A DNA stretch of 64,000 nt, from contig JAFWTH010000140.1 of the NCBI GenBank assembly GCA_017518975.1, positions 23,467 through 87,466 on the forward strand. The letters are read 5' to 3'. Source of the stretch: Clostridia bacterium (lineage in GTDB: Bacteria; Bacillota; Clostridia; Oscillospirales; CAG-272). How positions within the stretch are numbered: position 1 is the first letter of the stretch; each line of letters opens with the position of its first letter. Both the position numbers and the translations under genes were made by a program. Under the pieces are notes generated by a model that saw nothing but the letters and a program-made list of their open reading frames with translations, was not told where the DNA came from and searched no databases. Positions 17,498 through 26,462 of the stretch are shown piece after piece.

Positions 17498-18352
17498 ATG
17501 AAAATCAATGCGGTCATCGAAAGCAAAGACGGCGGCACACTTGTGCTCGACTTCCCGTGCGACATCTATGACGTGTATGAAAAACTCCAGTCCGTAGGCA
17601 TCAGAAAGTCTCCGCATCAGATCACACTTTCGGATGAAGACGGCGACGATGTGCGCGTTAAACTCTATTCCGAGAGCGACGTCGGGAAACACCTCCTCTT
17701 GACGCTCCATGCACAGAACTCGTTGGCGGACGCCAACATGCTGGCTTTTATGGTGGATAACGTCAAGCCTGACTTCCGCCTCAGGCTGGAACAGAATCTG
17801 ATTCACGATCAGTACGGCTCCATGCAGGAGGTTACGGACACCATCAAGCAAATGCTCTATGAATCCGGGCCTGTCAAGGCCGTGTTCTACTGTCCCCTCG
17901 TCGGAGAAATAATCGATAATGAAGGCTTCGGTTCTCCCGTCGACGGTCGTTTTCTCAGAAGCTATCAACGGGCAATTGAAGAAGCCCTGGAAGCAGATAC
18001 CGCTGACGATGGGACGGACATGGCTGAGTTCTTCGATATGGATGACGGAGTCAAGGCAAAGCTTGTGTCCGCCCAATGGAGCGTGGAATCCTATCGAGAG
18101 CGGCTTTTTGGAAAGATCGAATGCAGACTCAAGGAAGAACTCACCGACGCGGAAACTGATATCCTCACCGACTGGATCAACGGTCAGAACTCAGACGGCT
18201 ATGGAGAGCACTTTGAACAGCAACCGATTGGCACCGAGGACGGCGATCTGTATGTCTCCTTCTGGAACAGCGGCAACAACTATGCCATCATGACTCGTGA
18301 CGAGTTGGATGAGTATATAGATAATCAGAGCATGACGATGGGAGGGATGTGA
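17498..18352 (+). CDS. Acidic hypothetical protein, ends ...SMTMGGM
   Basis: ATG 17498 is 8 nt after GGGAGGA, which is embedded in the upstream gene's tail. The N-terminus resembles that of 16341-17495 (MKINAVIESKDGGTLVLDFPCDIYDVYEKL vs IKIRIRNADHEIDVHFPISESELFAKL). Confidence 0.6.
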   Translation: MKINAVIESKDGGTLVLDFPCDIYDVYEKLQSVGIRKSPHQITLSDEDGDDVRVKLYSESDVGKHLLLTLHAQNSLADANMLAFMVDNVKPDFRLRLEQNLIHDQYGSMQEVTDTIKQMLYESGPVKAVFYCPLVGEIIDNEGFGSPVDGRFLRSYQRAIEEALEADTADDGTDMAEFFDMDDGVKAKLVSAQWSVESYRERLFGKIECRLKEELTDAETDILTDWINGQNSDGYGEHFEQQPIGTEDGDLYVSFWNSGNNYAIMTRDELDEYIDNQSMTMGGM

Positions 18353-18355
18353 TAT

Positions 18356-18700
18356 ATGGCTGTGCTCTTCTCTGCGGTAAAACTTACCGCAAACAACAAT
18401 CAGGTGGAATTTCTCGCCTCGGGTATCCCAAGGGATGCGGACGATCTCGAGGGCTGGACTGCCTACGAGGACTTCATGGATAAACTGGATTCCGGTCAGG
18501 AAATCGGCGTCCATGTGGAGGCCTATCTCTATGGTGAGGGAGGAACCGTCAAAGCGACGACCGAGGAAGTTGCGTATTTCACTATGAGGGCAGGTGTGGA
18601 CGAAAAGTTTTTGCATGATCACTGCGACAACATCGAGGACGCCAACTTCACGATTCATCTGTCGCCTGACGAGATGTACGGGGTGAAGTTGGAGTTATGA
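18356..18700 (+). CDS. Hypothetical protein
   Basis: 114 aa, translationally coupled: GGGAGGG precedes ATG 18356. No recognisable domain. Confidence 0.5.
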   Translation: MAVLFSAVKLTANNNQVEFLASGIPRDADDLEGWTAYEDFMDKLDSGQEIGVHVEAYLYGEGGTVKATTEEVAYFTMRAGVDEKFLHDHCDNIEDANFTIHLSPDEMYGVKLEL

Positions 18701-19383
18701 CGATGACAGCAGAAAAGAAAGAGCGAAAGCTGCTTCAGATCAGGAACCTCGCCGATCTCAAGCGGCATATCAAACTTGGAACCGAGCTGGTGGCGACGGT
18801 GCACCAATATCACCCTGATATCGTCGGCCTCACCCGTGTGGTGACGAAGGTGCAGACAAACGGCTTCTACTCCAAAATCAAGGATCAGCCGGATCATAAA
18901 TGGTCGACCTGCAATCACGGAGCAGGCTTTTGGTCGCCCTACAACAAAGCCGGAGCCTATCGCTTCACCGGTACTTCCATTCAGGTGTTCGACACACGAA
19001 AGAACGACGGCAGCGTCCTTTACGAGATGGAACTATACGACGGCGAGCCAAGCATATCAGAACAGAACAAGGAGGTACACGATTTGAACGAATGGGAACG
19101 TCTATCCAGACAGGCACAGCGATACAAAGAAGCCTATCCCCCCGGATCGAGGATAGTGCTCATCAGCATGGGGAATGATCCGAATCCGGTGGAAAGCGGT
19201 ACGAGAGGAACGGTGAAGCACGTTGATGATATCGGCACTCTGCATTGTAGTTTCGATAACGGGAGGAGTCTCGGTGTTGTCCCCGGGGAAGACTCATTCC
19301 GGATGCTGACGGACGAGGAACTGGCTGAAGAACAATCCGCAGATATGGACGAGGACGAGAGCGGCCCCGTTATGGGAATGTGA
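18697..19383 (+). CDS. DUF4314-domain protein, ends ...SGPVMGM
   Basis: The C-terminal ...GSRIVLISMGNDPNPVESGTRGTVKHVDDIGTLHCSFDNGRSLGVVPGEDSF matches the DUF4314 pattern recalled from ICE and plasmid proteins. Confidence 0.55.
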   Translation: MTMTAEKKERKLLQIRNLADLKRHIKLGTELVATVHQYHPDIVGLTRVVTKVQTNGFYSKIKDQPDHKWSTCNHGAGFWSPYNKAGAYRFTGTSIQVFDTRKNDGSVLYEMELYDGEPSISEQNKEVHDLNEWERLSRQAQRYKEAYPPGSRIVLISMGNDPNPVESGTRGTVKHVDDIGTLHCSFDNGRSLGVVPGEDSFRMLTDEELAEEQSADMDEDESGPVMGM

Positions 19384-19390
19384 GACGCCT

Positions 19391-19534
19391 ATGAAAACGA
19401 AATACGAGATTGAAATTCCATCCCGGTTTGCAGAACGGCTTCTCCGGTTAGCTTCGGAAACGGAACTTCCGCTTACGGTCATTGTGGAAGCCGTTCTCAA
19501 AAACTATATGGAAAGGAGCAAGAACAATGCCTAA
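19391..19534 (+). CDS. Small ribbon-helix-helix-like protein (47 aa, below the ORF-track cutoff)
   Basis: Hand translation gives MKTKYEIEIPSRFAERLLRLASETELPLTVIVEAVLKNYMERSKNNA*, a beta-strand then two helices (CopG/RHH-like). Its 3' end overlaps the next start (ATG 19527). Confidence 0.4.
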   Translation: MKTKYEIEIPSRFAERLLRLASETELPLTVIVEAVLKNYMERSKNNA

Positions 19535-20042
19535 CGGCGAAAAGAAAGGAATTTCCGTACGTATCGACGCAGACCTTCACGCGGAGGTCAGTCAGTATCT
19601 GCGGGATCACGGTTTGACCACGGCAGAGTTCGTCACCCGGGCATTGGACGACGAACTCCACCCGAAAAATCAAATGAAAGAAGGAAACACTATGGAAAAT
19701 ATGAAAACCATCGCCGTGCAGGTACCGGAGGATCTGTTCCAGCGGATCAAGGACTACCTGCAGCGGAACAACATGACACAGAAACAGTTCCTCATCGGGC
19801 TTATCGAGGACGAACTGGAACGGGATCAGGCCGAGCGTGAAAGTCAGGACAATGCTGTCAGCGACGATCCCGACGAGGAGGATGACCCCGAGTTCGATGA
19901 AGACAATCCCGAACTTGATGAAGACGACTCCGAGTTCGACGAAGACGATAACGAATTCGACGAAGACGACCCCGAATTTGAACCCGACGATGAAGAAGAT
20001 GAGTCCGAGGATGAAACCCGGGGGGTCACTATGGGAATGTGA
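19527..20042 (+). CDS. Tandem RHH-like protein with an acidic heptad-repeat tail, ends ...RGVTMGM
   Basis: ATG 19527 follows GGAAAGGAG. There are two RHH-like units (GISVRIDADLHAEVSQYLRDHGLTTAEFVTRAL; IAVQVPEDLFQRIKDYLQRNNMTQKQFLIGLI) and then DDPEFDEDNPELDEDDSEFDEDDNEFDEDDPEFEPDDEEDESEDE. Confidence 0.6.
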   Translation: MPNGEKKGISVRIDADLHAEVSQYLRDHGLTTAEFVTRALDDELHPKNQMKEGNTMENMKTIAVQVPEDLFQRIKDYLQRNNMTQKQFLIGLIEDELERDQAERESQDNAVSDDPDEEDDPEFDEDNPELDEDDSEFDEDDNEFDEDDPEFEPDDEEDESEDETRGVTMGM

Positions 20043-20043
20043 T

Positions 20044-21183
20044 GTGACCAAAAACGCGGAACAAGTCGGATGCCGTACGGCAATCCGATTTTTTGATATG
20101 TTCGCCGGTATCGGCGGCTTCCGGTCTGGCTTGGAGGCCGTCGGAGGATTTGAATGCATTGGTCACTGTGAGATCGACAAACACACGAATATGGCGTATT
20201 GCGCCATCTACGATACGGAAGGAGAGTATTACTGTGATGATGCAAGAACAATCAACCCCAACGAAATGCCAGACTTTGACCTTCTCTGTGCCGGATTTCC
20301 TTGCCAAAGCTTCTCTGTTGCGGGAAAGCGGCTTGGATTCGAAGACACAAGAGGAACTCTGTTCTTTGAAGTTGCCCGAATCCTTGAGGCCAAACGGCCT
20401 GCATTTTTTCTTCTGGAAAACGTCCCGGGACTGTTATCGCATGACGGGGGCAAGACGCTTGAAACCATCTACGCCTCGCTTGTTGAAATGGGGTATCATT
20501 TTGAATGGTGTGTGCATAACAGCAGATTTTTCGGAGTCCCCCAACAGCGACGGCGCCTGTATATTGTCGGATATCTTGATCCCCGATGTGCCGGACAAAT
20601 ATTTCCTCTCAGCTGCCGCAATGCGGCGCATCTCCGGCAACTTATCGGCGGTCCCCAGGGACAGCGGGTTTACGATCCGGACGGAGTAGCTTGTACACAA
20701 GCGGCAACCAGCGGAGGATGGGGCGGAAAGACAGGTCTGTATTTCATAGACATGAATGCCGACCCCGCCGTTACCGACGTTGCCCGGTGCATAGCAGCAC
20801 GTCAGGATTCCGGAGTCAGCAAACACCGAGGCGAACGATCCGCCGTGCTGATTGAGGATGCGCCGAGAGCGATCCTGACACCCAATAAGGAAAAGGTGCG
20901 TCAGCAAGGAAGACGGATCAAGGAACCGAATGAGCCGATGTTCACGATCACCGCACAGGACAGACATGGAATCCTGCACAGAGGCAGAATCCGAAGATTG
21001 ATGCCAATTGAATGTTGGCGTCTGCAAGGATTTACCGACGAACAGTTCTATAGGGCGGCAGCCTGCGGACTAAAGGATGGTCCACTTTACAAAATGGCCG
21101 GCAACAGCGTGTCTGTGCCGGTCATTACTGTTATCGGGCAAAAGATCAAAACAGTCAACGAAAAGTACGAAATAGTGAGGTGA
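20044..21183 (+). CDS. dcm: DNA (cytosine-5)-methyltransferase, orphan
   Basis: Motif I is FDMFAGIGGF, IV is GFPCQSFS, VI is ENVPGL, VIII is QRRRLYIVG and X is GNSVSVPV. The start is uncertain. GTG 20044 is the first candidate after the upstream stop, and the ORF upstream of it is the mirror or alternate frame of the acidic-repeat gene. Confidence 0.85.
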   Translation: MTKNAEQVGCRTAIRFFDMFAGIGGFRSGLEAVGGFECIGHCEIDKHTNMAYCAIYDTEGEYYCDDARTINPNEMPDFDLLCAGFPCQSFSVAGKRLGFEDTRGTLFFEVARILEAKRPAFFLLENVPGLLSHDGGKTLETIYASLVEMGYHFEWCVHNSRFFGVPQQRRRLYIVGYLDPRCAGQIFPLSCRNAAHLRQLIGGPQGQRVYDPDGVACTQAATSGGWGGKTGLYFIDMNADPAVTDVARCIAARQDSGVSKHRGERSAVLIEDAPRAILTPNKEKVRQQGRRIKEPNEPMFTITAQDRHGILHRGRIRRLMPIECWRLQGFTDEQFYRAAACGLKDGPLYKMAGNSVSVPVITVIGQKIKTVNEKYEIVR

Positions 21184-22244
21184 ACAAAACAGTGCCAAAC
21201 CATGTTATGAACAGGGTTTCCATAATCGGCGATCAGGAAGCCATAAAAAAGCTGTTGGAATCCATTCAAACTGACAATACTGGTATTGGTTCGATTGATT
21301 TCAATAAGATCATTCCCATGCCTGAGAGCCTGAATATTGAGGCTGGCTCCAATACAGACAAGGGATTAAAAGCCTACACAGAGTTTATGCAGGTATACAC
21401 TCTTTCAGGCGCGAGAGAAGACACAAGTCCGGAAGATATACCGCAAGAAGCTGAGGACGCCTTCCTCCGTATGCGTACAGATATTTCGCCTGAACAGTGG
21501 TCGCTCGGCAGGGCGGCGTATGAGAACCAGAGCAAATACGGCGCGCCGACATGGTATGAATGGTCAATCAACAATTGGGGGACAAAGTGGAATGCTTATG
21601 AGAACATTCCGAGCAAACCAAACGACAATACTGCCAAACTATGTTTTCAAACGGCGTGGTCCGCGCCGCATCCTGTCTTCATGAGACTTGCGGAGCAATA
21701 TCCGGAACTGATCTTTTCGCATGAATGGGCTGATGAGGACATCGGCAGCAACTGCGGAAGACGAGAGTACAGGGATGGATGCTTTATGGAGGAGTACTAT
21801 CCCGAAGGCAACGAGGCCACCTCTTTTGCCTGCAAAATCTGGAATATAGAAGCCTTGTTTGATGATGTGCCAGAGACCAAAGAACTCAAGACACAAACCA
21901 TGACCGACGAAAAGTTTGAAGTGGTCGAAGTGCTCGGTCAGACCGCGCTGTTCACCAATGGCAAAGTCACGCAGAAGGAACTGCCGGACGGCCTTTACAA
22001 ATATGACCTGCGGGAGGGCGAGACAATCGCTTTTGCCACAATCGAGCCGAGCGTGGCTGTCAACCATGCCGGAACGATCATCACCAAAGAACCGATCATC
22101 TTCGGCGAGGAAGAATACATCGGGTTTGACGATGATTCCTCGCCCAATTTTCTCGGCGATGAGATGTCCATAGAGGAATTCCTCAACACGGATTTCAGCC
22201 AGGACGAAGATGAATCTCAAACGTTAGGAGAAATGCGGTTATGA
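21180..22244 (+). CDS. DUF1281 (Api92-like) domain protein with an LPD28-like C-terminal domain, ends ...TLGEMRL
   Basis: ...PNHVMNRVSIIG..., ...WYEWSINNWGTKWNAYE... and ...FQTAWSAPHPVF... fit the DUF1281 pattern. The C-terminal ...LFTNGKVTQKELPDGLYKYDLREGE... is recalled from large polyvalent protein-associated domains. Confidence 0.55.
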   Translation: MNKTVPNHVMNRVSIIGDQEAIKKLLESIQTDNTGIGSIDFNKIIPMPESLNIEAGSNTDKGLKAYTEFMQVYTLSGAREDTSPEDIPQEAEDAFLRMRTDISPEQWSLGRAAYENQSKYGAPTWYEWSINNWGTKWNAYENIPSKPNDNTAKLCFQTAWSAPHPVFMRLAEQYPELIFSHEWADEDIGSNCGRREYRDGCFMEEYYPEGNEATSFACKIWNIEALFDDVPETKELKTQTMTDEKFEVVEVLGQTALFTNGKVTQKELPDGLYKYDLREGETIAFATIEPSVAVNHAGTIITKEPIIFGEEEYIGFDDDSSPNFLGDEMSIEEFLNTDFSQDEDESQTLGEMRL

Positions 22245-22837
22245 GCGTTAAAACAATATCCAAAGATGAACTTCGTCGGATGGAAGATTCGGAAGGCTTG
22301 ATCCTTCAGGGTTGCGGCGGAAGCCTCGACGAGTGGGTGGACGGCGTCAATGACATGCTCACGGAGGACGGGATTCTTCAGGACGGAACTAAGTTCCACG
22401 ACTGTTCTGCTTTTGAGCATGACGGAGTGACCTGCCTTCTGTTCCCCTTCAAGGATGACGTCAAGCTCGACGTGGGCAAGCTTGCTATGTGGCGTCTCAG
22501 GACGTATGGACAGTTCGGCGGCACCTGGCTCTCGGACTACGTTCCGAACCGGCTCGGCTGCTTCATCCCAAAGGATCGGACCGAAGAAAAAGTGCAAAAG
22601 CCGGACTGCCCGCTCATAGGTCAGGACGGTAACATTTTCAATCTGATGGGTATCGCATCCCGCGCCCTGAGGGAGAACGGTCTCGGGGACCGGGTAAAGG
22701 AGATGTGCGACCGAATACGTGAGTCCGGCGACTACTACAAGGCCCTGGGCGTTATCGGAGAATACGTCAACATTACCTCAGTTGATGACGCTCCGGGTGA
22801 GAGCGAAGACGCTGAGGAAGGGATGGTGATGTCATGA
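22241..22837 (+). CDS. Hypothetical conjugative-element protein, ends ...EEGMVMS
   Basis: 198 aa. The C-terminal segment CPLIGQDGNIFNLMGIASRALRENGLGDRVKEMCDRIRESGDYYKALGVIGEYV is a motif recalled from phage and ICE proteins of unknown function. Confidence 0.55.
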   Translation: MSVKTISKDELRRMEDSEGLILQGCGGSLDEWVDGVNDMLTEDGILQDGTKFHDCSAFEHDGVTCLLFPFKDDVKLDVGKLAMWRLRTYGQFGGTWLSDYVPNRLGCFIPKDRTEEKVQKPDCPLIGQDGNIFNLMGIASRALRENGLGDRVKEMCDRIRESGDYYKALGVIGEYVNITSVDDAPGESEDAEEGMVMS

Positions 22838-22977
22838 ACGAATTTCTCTGGTTTCTCGTCGGACTTTTTCTCGGCGGTATTGTGACAACACTGCTGTTGT
22901 GCTGTCTCCAGATCAACCGCATGAACGACTACGAAGCAGAACTTCGAAAGCTCCGTTCAGAACTGAAAAACAGATAG
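22834..22977 (+). CDS. Small single-pass membrane protein (47 aa, below the ORF-track cutoff)
   Basis: Hand translation gives MNEFLWFLVGLFLGGIVTTLLLCCLQINRMNDYEAELRKLRSELKNR*. The ATGA start overlaps the upstream stop, and a terminator follows. Confidence 0.45.
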   Translation: MNEFLWFLVGLFLGGIVTTLLLCCLQINRMNDYEAELRKLRSELKNR

Positions 22978-22990
22978 GATAAAACTCGGT

Positions 22991-23024
22991 GGTATCAATC
23001 GCACAGCGTTTGATACCGTTTTTT
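22991..23024 (+). terminator. Rho-independent terminator
   Basis: GGTATCAA / TTGATACC stem followed by G-TTTTTT. This argues that the dam CDS starts downstream (GTG 23052) rather than at 22989. Confidence 0.65.
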
Positions 23025-23051
23025 GTGCGATTGGTCCCCCGTGAAAGCGAG

Positions 23052-24038
23052 GTGATCAACATCAAAACCCCTGTATCCCGTGTAGGAAACAAGACGCCCA
23101 TCCTGCACATTCTTTACGCACTGTTTCCGCTGAAATACGGACGCTTTATCGACGTATTCGGCGGCAGCGGAAGCGTTCTTCTCGGAAAGCCCGCCGTTGA
23201 CCCCTTTGAGGTGTACAACGACTATGACCGGAACCTTGTCAATCTCTTCCACTGCATGAAGGACAGAACAATGGCGACGATCCGGGAACTCGGTTTCTGT
23301 AATCTCAACTCCCGCGAGGACTTCATTGCGATAAAGAAGTTCTTCGAGCACGAACGGTTCGATGACAGTTACCTGACGGAAGAACTTCATCTTACAGAAA
23401 TACTGCTTCCGCCGCTCAACGCGTCTGAACTGAAGGAGATCCGTCTCAGGATCACGGAGGACTACGACGTCCGCCGCGCCGCCATGTTTTTGAAGCTCCT
23501 GAGGAACAGCTATTCCAGCAGCATGAAGTCCTTTGCGTCACAGCCGTTCGACATCCGGAAACTTTTCAGTTTGATTCAGGAACTGGAGAACCGTATGGCG
23601 AACGTGGTCATTGAGAATCAGGACTTCGAAACGCTGATACGCCACTATGACCGTCCCGACTCGTTCTTTTACGCAGATCCTCCGTACTTTACCTCGGAAG
23701 ATATGTATCAGATCGACTTCGGCTGGGATGATCACGTGCGGCTCAGAGAGACCCTTGGAAAGGTTAAGGGAAAGTTCCTTCTGTCATATAACGACTGCGG
23801 CGAGATCAGGGAACTGTATGACGGATTCAGCCTTTTCGATTTTTCAAGATCCCACTCCATGGTACAGCGGTATGAAGCAGGGAGAGAGTTCAAGGAGCTC
23901 CTCATAGCGAATTACGATCTGTATGAACGGGAGAGAGAAAGGCCGAAACAGCTGACGCTCTTTGACGTTTACGGCGACGAGGATTACGACTATGAGAAAA
24001 TCCTGAAAGAGAGTATCATCTCATGCAGAATAAGGTAA
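23052..24038 (+). CDS. dam: DNA adenine (N6) methyltransferase, Dam/D12 class, orphan
   Basis: ...SRVGNKTPIL..., FIDVFGGSGSVLL (FxGxG) and FFYADPPYF (DPPY) are present. No adjacent restriction endonuclease is recognisable. Confidence 0.8.
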   Translation: MINIKTPVSRVGNKTPILHILYALFPLKYGRFIDVFGGSGSVLLGKPAVDPFEVYNDYDRNLVNLFHCMKDRTMATIRELGFCNLNSREDFIAIKKFFEHERFDDSYLTEELHLTEILLPPLNASELKEIRLRITEDYDVRRAAMFLKLLRNSYSSSMKSFASQPFDIRKLFSLIQELENRMANVVIENQDFETLIRHYDRPDSFFYADPPYFTSEDMYQIDFGWDDHVRLRETLGKVKGKFLLSYNDCGEIRELYDGFSLFDFSRSHSMVQRYEAGREFKELLIANYDLYERERERPKQLTLFDVYGDEDYDYEKILKESIISCRIR

Positions 24039-24292
24039 GAGAAAAAAGTTGGGGTCAGATACCGGTTCCCCGCGAATTGTTGGCAGAAGCCGGAATTGAT
24101 GAGAACAGCGTTCTTCAGATGTACGTCAGCGGCAGCAAGCTTGTTATCGAATCAGTTCGCGACGCGGACGGATACCGCTGTGATCTCGACTGCGAGAGAT
24201 GTCCCGTAACAAACGAATGTAAAAGTGAGGTCAAAAATGAAACAAATACTCCGAATACTCGGAAAACACGGACGGATAACCATTCCGTTTGA
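24023..24292 (+). CDS. AbrB/SpoVT-type DNA-binding protein with a Cys-rich tail
   Basis: ...GQIPVPRELLAEAGIDENSVLQMYVSGSKLVIE... is a SpoVT-AbrB fold pattern, followed by CDLDCERCPVTNEC. Confidence 0.5.
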   Translation: MQNKVREKSWGQIPVPRELLAEAGIDENSVLQMYVSGSKLVIESVRDADGYRCDLDCERCPVTNECKSEVKNETNTPNTRKTRTDNHSV

Positions 24293-24548
24293 AATGCGTA
24301 AGCGTATGGGCTTTTCATACAATGACGTTTTGTCTTTCGCCGAATCTCCGGACGGCAGATCGGTGATAGTGAAACGCGAGAAGATCTGTGACGATTGCAC
24401 ACCGGAGAAAAGTCAGGCAGCAGACACGCAAGATACGATAACCCTCTTCGATTTCCTGAACGGACTATCCGGCGAACAGCAAAAAGCGGCTTTTGTCCAT
24501 CTGAAACTTAAATGGGACCGTGAGAGCGGAGGTGACAGTCTTGCCTGA
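24237..24548 (+). CDS. AbrB/SpoVT-type DNA-binding protein (second copy)
   Basis: ATG 24237 follows GTGAGGT. The sequence is MKQILRILGKHGRITIPFEMRKRMGFSYNDVLSFAESPDGRSVIVK and then CDDC. It overlaps the previous ORF by 56 nt, so one of the two ends is uncertain. Confidence 0.5.
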   Translation: MKQILRILGKHGRITIPFEMRKRMGFSYNDVLSFAESPDGRSVIVKREKICDDCTPEKSQAADTQDTITLFDFLNGLSGEQQKAAFVHLKLKWDRESGGDSLA

Positions 24549-25269
24549 GTTTCCGCCCATTTACCGATGGTCTCTCATGGACGCGGTCGAGCACAATGAG
24601 ATGCGTGAATGGCGTGACAGTTACCGTGAGAACTGCGCCTGTGCCAGAGCCATCGAGAGAGCGATCAACGATCATTACCGCGACGACCGTCTCGACCGCT
24701 GTGTCGACAGGATCATCAGTCAGTACGGCTTTGACCGGACAAACTACGTTCTCGCCAATACTATCATGCAGAAGGAAGACGACGGACGGTTCTCGGACGA
24801 TAACAAGAAGTGGGCAAGGAAAATCCATATCCCGAAAGACGAGGTGCGATGGCACTTCTGCGTGGAATCACACCCCGGACTGACCAATCTGTTTGTCTGT
24901 CAGATGCGAGAGGCGTGGCGATCCCTCGGCCTTTTTGATCACACCAACTGTATATCTGAAAAGGACGGTGAGATCGATTTCAAAGGCAAGGTTCTGGTTC
25001 TTGATCCGAAGGTTTTGAAGGAACAGAGCAGGACTCCCTCCAACCAGTTGTTTCTTGCCGAAGGAGGGTTCGGATGCTCGGCAAATTCACGCGGCCGGAA
25101 GGTATTCGGCCGGTTTCTGAATGACGGTGAGAAAACCCATTTCGGCCGGGAGGATTTTCTGGGAGCCATAAAGGACGAGGATCTCCCGGAGTGGGCGTCC
25201 CAAAAACTTGACGAGATCCGGTCCGCCGGAACGGATGAATCGGAAGGCATATCGATGGGAGGTATGTAG
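24520..25269 (+). CDS. DUF3849-domain protein, ends ...EGISMGGM
   Basis: ...IYRWSLMDAVEHNEMREWRDSYRENCACARAIERAINDHY...YGFDRTNYVLANTIMQKEDDGRFSDDNKKWA matches the DUF3849 pattern. The start is ambiguous (GTG 24520, GTG 24532 or TTG 24541). Confidence 0.6.
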   Translation: MRAEVTVLPEFPPIYRWSLMDAVEHNEMREWRDSYRENCACARAIERAINDHYRDDRLDRCVDRIISQYGFDRTNYVLANTIMQKEDDGRFSDDNKKWARKIHIPKDEVRWHFCVESHPGLTNLFVCQMREAWRSLGLFDHTNCISEKDGEIDFKGKVLVLDPKVLKEQSRTPSNQLFLAEGGFGCSANSRGRKVFGRFLNDGEKTHFGREDFLGAIKDEDLPEWASQKLDEIRSAGTDESEGISMGGM

Positions 25270-25270
25270 C

Positions 25271-25954
25271 ATGAGAACAAAGATCTATCAGATAAATCCT
25301 GACAGGGACAAAAACCGTGTAAAGTTCATGAGCATGGACCGTCTCAAAGAACAGCAGGAATCGTCTGACGTTGACTCCTCAATCTATGACGAGGTGTTCA
25401 ACGCCGAAATAGACGAAACGGATCTCGAAGCAATCTATCGGAGATTCAATACGGTTGGGCATCCACTGCACCGCGGTCATTCACTTTCCGTATCAGACGT
25501 TGTGGTAAATGATAACGGCGCTTTCTTCTGCGATAACGTGGGATTCCGAAAGATCACTTTCGATGAGTCTCTGACTCAGAAGCCGGACAATCTGATGCGG
25601 GTAGTCTATGTAGAACCGCATAAAACCCCTTATGTCGCGGAAATCGCCGATACGCTCGAAGCGGAGCAGAAAGCGGTCGGAGACGGGCTGATCGAACCGC
25701 TGTACAACGATGACGGGACTTGTTTCGTCGGCAACGAGGAATCGAAACTCATAGGAATGGACGGCAACCGCAGAATATGGAACGGATCTTCCATAATAGC
25801 AGGTCCGTTTTTTGTTTGCGGCGTGTCTGGGGACAGCTTCAGAGGTCTTACCGATGACGAGGTGAGAAGATATATGGAACTGTTCGCAGAACCCGAGGAT
25901 ATATCCCGGGAAGAAGTGGAGTCCGATCTGGGCTTCACAATATTTACCATGTAA
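25271..25954 (+). CDS. YodL-like / DUF3846 fusion protein, ends ...GFTIFTM
   Basis: ATG 25271 follows GGGAGG. The YodL-like part is IYQINPDRD...GHSLSVSDVVVNDNGAFFCDNVGF. The DUF3846-like part is VVYVEPHKTPYVAEI...GNEESKLIGMDGNRRI...IIAGPFFVCG...LTDDEV. Confidence 0.6.
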   Translation: MRTKIYQINPDRDKNRVKFMSMDRLKEQQESSDVDSSIYDEVFNAEIDETDLEAIYRRFNTVGHPLHRGHSLSVSDVVVNDNGAFFCDNVGFRKITFDESLTQKPDNLMRVVYVEPHKTPYVAEIADTLEAEQKAVGDGLIEPLYNDDGTCFVGNEESKLIGMDGNRRIWNGSSIIAGPFFVCGVSGDSFRGLTDDEVRRYMELFAEPEDISREEVESDLGFTIFTM

Positions 25955-25973
25955 GAAAAAGGAGAAAGAAATT

Positions 25974-26387
25974 ATGGCAAACAAGAAAACAACCGACAGA
26001 GTTCCCGAAAAGGAACAGAAAAGAAACAGCGCGGCCGTATCGGCTCGTATCGACCGCCTCGTGGACTATGAGAACTCCAAAGTCAAGGCGATTGCCAGCG
26101 TTAACATCGGGGGCGCTTTCGCCGTTCACGGACTGAAAGTCATCGATTCACAGAAGGGTCTGTTCGTTCAGATGCCGCAGAATTCTTTTCAGAAGAACGG
26201 CAAAACGGAATATATGGACGTGTTCCATCCGGTAACGTCCGACGCCAGAGGTGAACTGAACGACAAGGTTCTGGAAGCATACGATCAGAAGCTCGCAGAA
26301 AACGAGTCCGAAGATGAGGGAATAGGCGAGGGCGACGATCCCGACGAGGAGGACGAGGAGTCACATTCTATGGTCCAAAGTATGTAA
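25974..26387 (+). CDS. SpoVG-family protein with an acidic tail, ends ...HSMVQSM
   Basis: ...KAIASVNIGGAFAVHGLKVIDSQKGLFVQMPQNSFQKNGKTEYMDVFHPVTSDARGELNDKVLEAY matches the SpoVG fold pattern. Confidence 0.65.
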   Translation: MANKKTTDRVPEKEQKRNSAAVSARIDRLVDYENSKVKAIASVNIGGAFAVHGLKVIDSQKGLFVQMPQNSFQKNGKTEYMDVFHPVTSDARGELNDKVLEAYDQKLAENESEDEGIGEGDDPDEEDEESHSMVQSM

Positions 26388-26462
26388 TTTTCAAACTTTT
26401 TTCGATTCTCGCTGGACTTTTCCGGTTTGTTCGGTATCCTTTATGGTCAAGAGGTGATCAAA

